NCBI GenBank assembly: GCA_963693365.1
Contig: CAVNZM010000005.1
Span: 3,843,716 to 3,907,715 of the forward strand
Direction: 5' to 3'
Origin: Amoebidium appalachense
Taxonomy: Eukaryota; Protista; Ichthyosporea
Length of the DNA: 64,000 bases
Shown here piece by piece: positions 53,437 through 64,000 of this stretch. A program made the translations under genes and the position numbers. The notes beneath the pieces were generated by a model, which made no database searches, was not told where the DNA came from, and saw nothing but the letters and a program-made list of their open reading frames with translations. Position 1 is the stretch's first letter; every line of letters starts with the position of its first letter.

Positions 53437-56400
53437 GCGCGCGCGCACGCACGCGCACACGCACACACACACGCACACGCACACGCACACGCACACGCAC
53501 ACGCACACGCACACGCACACGCACACGCACACGCACACGCACACGCACACGCACACGCACACACACACGCACACGCACACGCACACGCAGGGAAGAAAAA
53601 AAAAACCAAAAAAAAAAAACTTCAGCAACAGCAACAGCAACAGCCTAAACCCGCACCTTAATATCGTCCATCCTGTACATGCCGCACGGGCCGGGCAGGA
53701 CGGGCAGCATGCCGACCAATGAGAATGCGCCCTGGAAGCTGCTGATGGATGCCTCGTAGTCGTAGGCCTGCCCGGCCCGATACCACATGGCCAGATAGCC
53801 CTCATCCTCCGTGCCCTAGGTTGGATATGGGTTGATATGACGTAATTTGTGATGGGTTTTTTGTTTCAATTTCTTCTCTGATTTCCATTTTTCTAGCTCA
53901 CGTTTATAGTGTCAATAACGTTTTCGGCCCTATAACGTTATATTCAGGTGGTTACCAGGCCTAACAATACCGGTCCCAAGAGCCTAATATGCAAGTTTGT
54001 ACGAACTGTATACTGGTTTGTCTTTTTTGTTCTCTTATTTGTACGGAGTTGTAGGTGCCAAGAGGGAGGGGGAGGGGAGGTGGGAAATGATGGGGGTCTG
54101 GGTTGGAAGGAGGGTTGGGGGACAGGGGCAGGGAAGGACAGGCATTTCGAGAAAGGGGGTGTAGGGGATCTGTATGTTCTTTTCTAGTTGTGAGTGGTCT
54201 TAGTGTGCTGGACAAACCACCTGTGTGTGCGTGCGCGTGTCACGTGCATGTGTGTGTGTGTGCGTGTGTGCGTGTACATATGTGTGTATGTATGTGTGTA
54301 TGTGTGTGTGTATGTGTGCGCGCGCGCGTGTGCGAGCAAAATTTGGATGGGAATGTGCACAATTGGCCATGTGCACGCGTTTTTCATAAGGGGGTAGTGT
54401 TTATGTATGTGTGTGTGTGTGTGTGTGTGTGTAGGGGGGAGGGGTGGGGGGGGGGGGTGGAGGTGGGGGGTTGAGGGGGGGTTGAGGGGGGGTTGAGGGG
54501 GGGTTGAGCGGGAGGGAGTGAGGGACAAACCTGCATAGCAGCACTCATGACTCTCTGTCTGCCTGTGGCTGCAGCAACCTCCTGGTGGGCATCCATATAC
54601 TCCACTAGGTAGTACAGACACCTGGGGGGGAGGGGGTGGAGAAGGGGCAGGGGAGGGGGGGGGGGGGAAGAGGGGGGGGGGGATGAAGGGAGGAGGGAGG
54701 GGGGGGGTGGGGGGATGGAGGTGGGGAGAGAACGTTAGATTGGAATCACATGCACAGCACAATGACATATTTACAGACAAGTTCTTCATCAAAAACCACA
54801 CAAGTGGTCATCTTCGGAATGCAAAGAAAAAAAGAGAGAAAGAAGAAAGAAGAAAAACTGTTGCTAAATGTGAATTTCTTGCTGATTGAGCCACCTACCT
54901 GTCTGCGTAGAGTGTGCCGCAGTCAGTGGCAAAGGCATACTCTGAGTTGTAGGCGGGGGCAAACGATTGGAAAAACCACTCGTGGGAATTATGTTTGCGC
55001 CGGTTGTCCCTCTTGATGATCACCGTCAGGTTGAGGGTCTTGCCCTCGCCTGCGTGAGTGGGCTTCTTTTTAATCACCGCTCTTATAGGTGCATTTGCTA
55101 AATGTCCCCCCCCCCCTCCCCCCCCCCCCTCCACACACACATACATACCCCCCCCCCCCCCCTCTCCTCACCTCCTTCCCCACATCCCCCTCCCCGCCTC
55201 CCCAAAAAAACCTTTTTTCTCGCCTTTTGCTTTCCCTCCATATTTTTTTTTCTACTTTTTTATTTTTTGCGGCGGGGTGAGAGGGGGGGGGGGGGGGGGG
55301 GGCTTGGTAAGGATGGATATACTCCAACGTGTGGTAGGCAATGCCGGCGTGAATATCCGCGTGTCTGTGCTTAGCTTTTATTGGGTCGTGCATGGTTGCA
55401 GAGTCTGTTTGCTCAGGCCGCCCCAAGGGTTGTGCGTGTGTGTGTTTATGCGTGTGCGCGTGCACCCGTGTGCCCACATTGGACCATGTGTGCGCGCGCG
55501 TGCGCGTGTGCGCGCGCTGTGTGACTGTCTGTCTGTGTGTGTGTGTCTGTGCTTAGTGAAGGGGCCTACTGTGCACAGAATTTATAGGGGGAAAAAAAAA
55601 AAAAAAAAAAAAATTCAGCACCGTACACGTACCGATATCCACCGGCTCCACATTCCCGCTTGCATTTATCCTCTGCAGCACATACGTCTCCGTCACAGGT
55701 GCATTTTCCGGTATTGCCCCAATGTACTCCCACCATGGCTCGGCCTCCCAATCATCACACGGATACATCTGTTTCATAAATTCCTTCATGGATGCTGATG
55801 ATTTCCACCACCCGTCCATAATCGCAACCACGTGCACCTCAATGTTCATTTCTGCCAAGTCTTTTGCCTGCTTGCACATGTCAACGAGCGACCGCTCAAG
55901 TTCGTGTTTTTCCTCGTTGAAGAACGGGTAAACGACAGAGCATATGCGCGTGTCTTTGCTTGTGGTTTTTGGCAGCGCATAGTATTCTGTGTGGTCGTTG
56001 GGTCGGTAGTGTTCGGGACCAGAGAAAACACTAAACTGTGTGCTGATAACACTGGGAAGGAGACTGACCCGCGAACTACGACGTGAACCATTGACATCAC
56101 CCAACGTGGTTGATTGATATGATGGACGTGGGCTGGGTTTGACCGAGGGAGAGTGGATGTTTGTTCCGTTTTCTGACAACCCACAGAAGGAGTTGTGGCG
56201 TGATGGGGTGGTCGGTGGGGTGGGAAAGGAAAACGAAGGGGTAGAACGCGAACGAGGGAGATGTTGCTGTTGTGACGCAGCTGAAACAAACGGTGAAGAG
56301 TTTGGAAATGGTGGCGTGTCACGAGGAATGTAATGCATGCTGTAACCGGAACATACACTGGAGCGCGGGCTTGTTTTTCCAACCTGCTGTGCGCACGTGT

Positions 56401-56689
56401 GCGCATGGGGACAACTGCATGTGGGTACCGGTGTAGGGTAGGGGTTGTTTATGGGTACCGTGCACGCCTGTGCATGCTGTATGTTGTTTTCGGAGTGTGA
56501 GGACGGTGCTGTGCTAACCTCACTATGACTACTCCTCCTGCTCCCATAGCTACTGAGTGAAAACTCGGACGTGTTTCTGCGCATGTGTGGCGTACTAGTA
56601 CTGCTGCTTCCTTCGCCCGTGTTTTCTTGCTGCGCCTGGGCTGCCAACCATTGTTCCAATGGCCGGCGTGAAGCTACTCTCGTAGCCAT
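48031..56689 (-). CDS. CHS: Chitin synthase (GT2, division I-like) fused to a C-terminal LHFPL/claudin-like tetraspan domain, 9 exons, about 1109 aa
   Basis: GT-AG, phase-consistent exons: 56689-55633, 55049-54899, 54621-54531, 53815-53657, 52958-52669, 52111-51780, 50872-50293, 49581-49221, 48339-48031 (TAG). CHS motifs [47 protein letters not shown] and DLTWGNR. The C-terminus SDWL...WYGLLNVC...CGTY...WPSALW...FPLSWGS...[18 protein letters not shown] fits the LHFPL family pattern. Confidence 0.9.
48630..48900. repeat. Tandem duplication (about 170 bp period) in chitin synthase intron 8
   Basis: cctccctgatacagatcaactataa...ggaggaaagacaaca occurs twice with a few substitutions, each followed by a C-rich tract. 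Confidence 0.85.
53455..53588 (+). repeat. (GCACAC)n hexanucleotide repeat in chitin synthase intron 4
   Basis: Directly visible; adjoins a (CA)n tract. Confidence 0.85.
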
Positions 56690-58527
56690 GGTGTGTATAA
56701 AGATATACTACTTACTACCATCCAGTAATAAATATTAATGATATTTGTTCTTCAGGCTCAAACCAAACCAATTGAACCGAAACAACAAGCAACAACGAGA
56801 AAGTAAACTAAAAACCAAAAATCTCTAAACCTTCCCAGCTGCAGCTATCATAATAAGTAGTACAGCACTGAAAAAAAATGTCCTATCAAAGCTCAGTGCA
56901 ATGAGTGTAGCTACGAAGGAGGTGTGCGCACAAAAGGGATGATGCCTAAACGTGAAAAGAGGGGACTGAGTACGACAACAAGCGACAGCTGTAGGTGTTG
57001 TAGTATCGCCAATAAGAATAAACAGTCGCCTTTCGCCTATATAGCCCGCGGTGCCGTGCGAACAGCGTGTGATAACTGACCAATGGGTAATGGGAGTCTG
57101 GTAGCAGCATGATCCAAGGGAGTCATGTGAAGAGGTCACAGCATAAGTCTGGGCATGATTAGCTGTGATGATATATGATGATGTCCTCCATTTGACATGT
57201 GTGGCTTGTATACGTGTGGGGAATGCATCAGTTGATGATGTTTGCATGGTGTTTGAAACGCCTTTTTGCCGTGTGTAACTTCTTACTCTTCTTTCACTGA
57301 AAGATGGTATTCAAAAGTTTCTCTTTTACTGGTTGCCGTTTTCTATTTTCCTGCCGTCCGTTATCACATGGGGCTGACTCGTGCTGAGGCAGGCATCAAC
57401 AGAGTCATGTAAATTCCAGGGCTGCCGCCTTTTGCATTGACAGCCATAATGAGAGCCAATCACTATTTGCTAAAGATCGTCTACCAATCTGCATTGCCTG
57501 ATGCTTACTAAATAAGAATAATTCTTGATTAGCAGTCGCTTCTATTGTCCAATGAAAGGTAACAAGGTGATTGATTGGTAGATCGAGATCTCACTTGGTG
57601 AAGTGCCAGATCCACTATGCCACACACAAGATCTATCTGGGTGGAGACCACATGCAGATTCACAAAGATGCCCATGGGAAAATGAATACAACCCAAATGA
57701 AGTGACGCTGGAAATAGTTATTGTGTTATCAGGCCTTCTGTTGTCAACGTTTCTCCCTCAGCAAAATCAACGGTTACGCACCTTTTTGCCGATCGATTGG
57801 GCAATCTACAGTTCTACACTCTGGGCCGCGGGCCGCGCGGCGCCGGCCTGGCAGGCTCACCTTGCGTCTTGGCCCTCGCGGGAGACCACGCCGTCTCTCA
57901 GGCAGGCGTCCACCATCCGGATGAAATTTCTGTACGTATTTTTGTTTGTGAATTTTGCAATAGTGTTGAACATTATGTGGTGTCATTCTGTTTCGCACTG
58001 TGTCTCTGCGAAGAAAACTTTTGATTCTCTAGAGCCACTCGAGGGCGATTCAGTGAACACTGATCATGCAGCACACGATTACGTAGTCCCTCCCTCGCCT
58101 ATCCCGCCTACGTGATCCTGAACCAACCATCTAACTACAAAAAGCTTCAAATATGGTTATACCACTTGCCGCCGGATGCTGGCTCAGCTTCCTCTCTTTG
58201 AGATGCATGTTGCCCATGTCAGTGTTACATGATGGAGCAAGTGCACAAACTCCATATGTAAGTAATAACATAGCAGGATTACCCGGCTGAATGCTTTGAC
58301 AGTAGAAGTCTTTGCTTAGGCAACATCCCTCCCCTCCCCCCCCCCCCCCCCCGCCAAACACCCCCCCCCCCCCCCCCCCCCAAACACCCCCCCCCCCCAA
58401 CCCCAACCCAACCCAGCCCCAGCCCCACCCCCACCCCCCTGCCTCCATCCAACTGCCCCTTCATTGCAGCACTTTCTTTTATTCAACACATGAGCACATC
58501 GGCAACTCCGTACCAAAGTTCGTGAAC
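56690..58527. promoter_or_regulatory. Divergent intergenic/promoter region between chitin synthase and ERCC1, with a CCAAT cluster
   Basis: Largely repeat-free. Several CCAAT/ATTGG motifs between about 57450 and 57580, two forming the inverted pair tctaccaatc/gattggtaga. Confidence 0.45.
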
Positions 58528-59017
58528 ATGGACGGAGAAGGACCAAACGAGCGCAAGCGCTTTGCCATTCCGTCGGCCAAGGAGGTAAGGATGTTTTCAA
58601 ACCAACCCCACCCCCCCCCCCCCCCCCCCCCTCCCCTCACCTCCTTCCCCCCCTCTCCCCCTCGATCCTCCCCCACCGCCACCACCACCACCATTCCTCC
58701 CCCCCTCCCTCTTCCGCACCACCCCCTTTCCGAGCCGTTCTCGGAGTAGCCTTTCTTTATTTTTCTAGTCTCTTCTCTATCCTCTCACATCTCTGTTTCG
58801 CCCTGCTTTTCCTCTCCCCTTTAGCCCACTCCCCCCTCCTCGCTCTCTGTATTTCTCTCCCTCCTTCGCCTCCTCTCCTCTCCCCCTACCGTCACACACA
58901 TACGCGCAAACACATACGCACACACACACACACACACCACACACACACACACACGCACACGCACACGCACGCACGCACACACGCACGCACGCAGGCACGC
59001 ACGCACACACGCACGCA

Positions 59018-59064
<47 letters not shown>

Positions 59065-59971
59065 CATCGTTCTCCCTTTCTCGCTTCCTTCCTCAGCTGC
59101 CCCCTGTCCTTTCACCTCTCCCCTACGTCACATGTCCCACCCATCACCCACCACAGCCTTTTTTTTTCTTGTCTCTGTCCCCAAGCGCGTGTTCGTTGGT
59201 CATTATTTCTGTTAGGTTTTCTGTTCCTCTGGCACAATCCTCGCTTATTTGGCCCGTTCCTTTTCTCCCTTTGGTGTTAACCTGAGCCTGAACAATGCGT
59301 TCACCAACAGATTCCCTACCTCACTTTTGGACACCCCTCACCATCCCTTGTTTTCTTCGCTTCCGTTCCCTCCTCTCATTCTCTGCTACGTTTCAAACCC
59401 CCTCCCCCCCCCCCCTCCCCCCTCCCCCCGTGCACCCCATCGCAACCGTCACCTGACTCCCCGACCCTTTAGCGGTATGCATCGCTGATTGTTTGTTTTC
59501 ATAGCTGGACGATGCCTCACGCAAGAAACAACGAACAAACTTTTTTATTCCAAGCTCAGCGGCGGCTGCAGGCCAACCCACCACCCAACCCAGCAACGAA
59601 ACGACACAGAAACCGATACAGGCAAACACACAGCCTGTTCCAACTAAAAGGACGATACCAAAACATATGACAGATGATACTCCTTCCCCTTTTAGGCGTG
59701 TGCCTGGCCAGGCGGTAAGTGGTGATCTAAGTGGCTTTAGGGAGAGAAGGGGAAAGAAGGGGAGTTGGTGCACTTAGGGGAAGGAGGGGAGGGAGGGGGG
59801 AGGTGTGGTTGCCATGGGGAGAAAACGGGGGGGGGGGGGGGGGGGGGAGGGGGAGAGGGGGGGGGGGGGGGAGGGGGGCAGCAGGGTGTGCACAGGGGAA
59901 ACTGAGGGGAAAGGGACGGGGGGGTGGGAGGGAGCCTTTGAGGAGGGGAGGGGATAAGGGGATTGGGGGGG

Positions 59972-60003
<32 letters not shown>

Positions 60004-60578
60004 GGGGAATGGGGGGGGAGGAGGAAGGAGGGATGTGTGTTTGGGGGGAGGGGGGGGGAGGCCGGGGGGAGGGGGGGGGGGGGGGGTGAAGGGAAGGTAA
60101 AAAAAGGTTTAAATGTGAGGGGTGTTGTGACTTGATAGGGTTTGGATGAAGGGACAGGTATAGGATAGGGGGACGGGAATGTTAGAGAGAGAGAAGCCAG
60201 GAGGGAAAGGGAGCAAAAGGGGGAATATTTGTTGTGTTTGTGTGTGTGTGGGGGGGGGGGGGGGGGTAAGTATTTGACTGAAAAAAGAGGCTTGACGACA
60301 GCAAAGTACTCTGGGCAAGGGAGGATGTAGGTGAAGGTGTGTGTGCTTGTGTGGTGAGTGGTGGTGATGGTGGGGGAAGGGGAAAGGGGGCAGGGCGGCA
60401 AAAAGGGCAAGTTCAAGGCCCTCATTTTTTTATTTTTTTTTTCTTTTTGGTTGGCGGGGAGAGAGGGAGAGGGAAGGGTGGGGTGGTGGTGGTGGTGGGG
60501 GGGGAGGGGGGGGGGGGGGGGGGGAGGGGAGGGGGAATACTCCAAGACGGTGTGGTTAGTAGGGAGTGGTGATTAGGC

Positions 60579-60657
<79 letters not shown>

Positions 60658-63107
60658 TAGGAGGGGGGAGGGGCCGGGGGTGGGGGTGGAGGGGGAAGGA
60701 GAGGGGGCAAAGGCAGGATCACGATTTCCTTTTTTTTTTCCTTCCCAGAGATAGAATTACGATGTGCTGTGTTGCGTGTGGTCATGTGTTGTGGTTGTTG
60801 CTTTGTTGGCCTCTAGGGCATGTTTGCGTTGTCAATTAGTTGACACCACATTCCACCTCCCCAGGGCCTTGTTCTTCCGCCAAAGTTACCACCTGCTACC
60901 ACCCAGACACCACCACAACCAATGGAAACGCGCACTTCCAATAGCACAGCCAATCAAAATGCCACAAATACAACCCCACCAACCAATCAAAACCAAGCAT
61001 CTGCAATCATATCATCCCTAACTCCATCGGCGCAAAACAAACCACTTGGGCCACCGTTCAAGGAACCAGAACCGAGAAACGATTCTCCGGTAAATATAAA
61101 CCAAAGTTCCTCATTGTCTTCTCTTCAGCCACGAGCACCTCAAGCAGAAAATCGTGATTCTCCCGTAAATACAAATACGGTTTCCGTATCTTCAGCACCT
61201 GCGCAGCCACAAGATAGCGCAGTAGTACCTACTTCCGCTGTTCCATCAGCCACCCCGGCATTCAAAGGCAACCCAAATGCAATCATTGTAAATCCAAGAC
61301 AGGTACCACCCTCCCCTCCCCCCAACCATCACCACACACCCACCACGCAGTGTGTCACCCACCCACTCACCCACTCCCCTTCCCTGCCTTCCTCTTTCCC
61401 TCCTTCCTCCATGATTCATTTCTCTTCCTCCGAGTCTTCGACATAACCCGTCTACACTTCACACGCTTTTTTTCTTCACTTCGGGACACGTTATGTGTGT
61501 TGTGAAGCAGGGTCGTTTATATTGTAGCGTCGTGATATTCTCTTGTGACGGATGTGGTGTCGGTTACTAGGTCAGAAGGGGGGGGGGAGGGGGGGGGGGA
61601 GGGGAGCGGGGGGGGGGGGGGGGATGGTGGGATGTCTCAGGCGACGATCCGCAGGGGAGGGGGGGGGAGGGGGGGGGGGGGATTCACATGTGAAGAGGTA
61701 AGGGCAAGTCAAAGAAGATAATTGTTATCAAAAGAATCTGGGAGGATAGGGGTCACTAATAGGTTAAGGTTGGTGTGTGTGCATGTATTGGAGGGATAGG
61801 CATGTGTCCTAGGCACCCTTCCAAGCTTCTGCCCCCCGGGGGGGGGAGGGGGGGGAAGGGGGGGGGATATATGCTAATATGTAGTGGGATCCAGAAGGGC
61901 AACCCGGTGCTGAAGCTGATACGTCATGCCATGTGGGAGCATGGAGACATCCTGCCTGACTACCTGCTAGGCCCACACACATGCGCCCTATATCTGAGGT
62001 GTGTGTGTGTGTGTGTGTGGGAGGGGGGGGGAGTGGGGATGGGGGGGGGGAAGAGGGGAGTAGGGAAAGGGGGCGATGGGTAGGATGGGGAGGGGAAGGG
62101 AGAGAGAAGGTGGGGAGGGGGGAGGGGGAGCAGGGAAAGAGAGAAGGCAGACGAGGGAGGGTGGACGACGGCCGGTGGGGGGAGGGGCGGAGGGGGGAGG
62201 GGGGGAGGCGAGGGGAGGTATGTGCGTGTGTGGTGTGTGTGTGTTCAAACGTGGCTTGAGGTGCATGTGTGCCTGTACGTGGTTGTGTGCGTGCCTCTAT
62301 GTGTGTTTTGGTGTGTGTGTGTGCGCGCGCGTGTATGTACCCGAACATGTGTGTGTGTGCATTTGTGTGTGTGCAGGCTTCGAGTGTCTGGATGTGTGTG
62401 GATCTGTGTGCATGTACGCCTGGTTCCGGGGTGCACTCCTCTGTGTTCATATGTAAGATGCATGTTGTTTGTGCGACTGTGCGACTGTGGCTTGGATGGT
62501 GGAGGAGGTAGGGTAAGAAGTAGTGATGAACAAGTTTATAGTGAGGGGAGGCAGGCGGGCGGCAACAGTGCAGGGGTGAAGATGGGGAGGGAAGAGGGGG
62601 GAGAGAGTGTGTGTGTGAGAGGGAGTGAGAGAGGAGCAAAGGGTATTTGTGTTCGTCCTTTGGAGAAGGGTGTTTTTTCCTTTTCCTTCATGGCTTGATT
62701 GGGTAGGGGGGGGGGCTCGTGTGACTTTTGGAAGTGTCTAGTGATCTGTGTGTGTATTTGTTGGTTGAAGGCTGATACTGACTGGTTTTGTCTTTTGTGG
62801 CCAAGTTTTTGCTATGGCCGCATCTATCCTGAGACACACACACACATAAACACACGAACACGTACACACGCAGACACACACACACACTAACATACAAAAT
62901 ACACGCACGCCCATACCTTTTCCTCTTAAACTATCTACCCTGAGCCCTTCCCCATCCTCCCTTCCCCTCCCCCCCCCCCCCCCCCCCCTCCTTACACACA
63001 CACACAGTATGCGCTACCACCTGTACAAGAAGGAATACATCTTCCAGCGGATGAGAGAGTTGGGCCGAATGTACCGTCTGCGCATACTTCTTTTGCACAT
63101 GGACATT
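58528..63107 (+). CDS. ERCC1: DNA excision repair protein ERCC1 (Rad10), first five exons (continues past the right edge of the window)
   Basis: Exons 58528-58584, 59505-59714, 60865-61302, 61895-61998, 63008-63107. A long low-complexity N-terminus precedes the ERCC1 central domain [19 protein letters not shown]...[21 protein letters not shown]...YIFQRM...LRILLLHMD. Confidence 0.93.
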
Positions 63108-63418
63108 GTAAATCCCCCCCCCCCCCCCCCCCCCCCCCCTCCCACCCTCCCTGCCCACATGTTTGCTCGATTCACATAGGTTTCGTTTAACCCTTATGTA
63201 GATCCCCATCCTTCCCTCCTCCCCCTCCGCGGAGGGACTGCGTTTTGCCAACTCCTACCCGCTTCTCATCACTTCCTAGCCTTACGTGATGAACATTCTA
63301 GAGAAATCTCCATATCCCCGCTCCAAACACTGGCCCCAACCCTCACTTTCCTTTCAGGCTCTTCTTCTTTCCTGCTTCCTCGCCACATGCGCACATGCGT
63401 GCCAATTCGTGCATGTGT

Positions 63419-63501
<83 letters not shown>

Positions 63502-63904
63502 CACGCACACAGGGCATGCACAGTCGATGAGAGCAAGACTATTTACACCCTCATATCCACATGCCCACATGTCTCCAGTATTCACAACCATCCCCCCTTT
63601 TCCTCTCCTTGCCTCCCCCTCCCCCACATTGCTGTGAGTTTCTACAGCCAAAATTAATTAATTATGCTACCCTTGCCGTACACAGGACCAATACCACAAT
63701 TCTTTGGTCGAAATTACAAAGGCAGCAACCCTCAACAACTGGACTCTTATATTGGCGTGGAGGTTTGTAACCCCCCCCCCCCCCCCCCCCCAGCCCCTCC
63801 CCTCCAAACACACACACACACATACTACTTTTTTGTGTGTGCTCTGCATTTGCACTGTGTTGTTTGTCTTCAGTGTGGACTTCATGTTCTGTAACTCATT
63901 CTAG

Positions 63905-63940
<36 letters not shown>

Positions 63941-64000
63941 ATCCCCACCCCCCTCTCTCCCCACCACCACCACCACCACCTTCACCCTCATAACGCCACA

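Noticed and set aside
57603-58115. 170-aa ORF or signal-peptide-like small ORF on the plus strand
   Set aside because: GTG start, heterogeneous composition and no recognisable motif; likely chance.

Overview
Eukaryotic nuclear DNA with GT-AG spliceosomal introns full of poly-G/poly-C runs and (CA/TG)n, (GA/TC)n microsatellites, so nearly all ORFs in the supplied track are repeat artefacts. Gene content suggests a non-animal opisthokont, possibly an ichthyosporean-type protist (inference only). Splicing exons by hand with phase checks gives seven protein genes: DPH7/WDR85 (5' part, minus), a 15-exon mitochondrial tyrosyl-tRNA synthetase, an unknown Ser/Pro-rich protein split by two +1 frame breaks, an unknown helical (ARM-like) protein with a C-terminal PAM2-like motif, a zinc-finger plus TrmN6-like N6-adenine methyltransferase with an in-frame TAA, a chitin synthase fused in frame to a complete LHFPL/claudin-like tetraspan domain, and ERCC1 (5' part). 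Six genes form three head-to-head pairs. The strongest findings are the chitin synthase-LHFPL fusion, a structured ~185-bp element repeated across introns of one gene and always anchored at a G/C homopolymer, complementary repeats at intron ends, and several unexplained frame anomalies (possible 19-24 nt micro-introns, recoding or assembly errors). Family assignments rest on recalled motifs; no database search was run.
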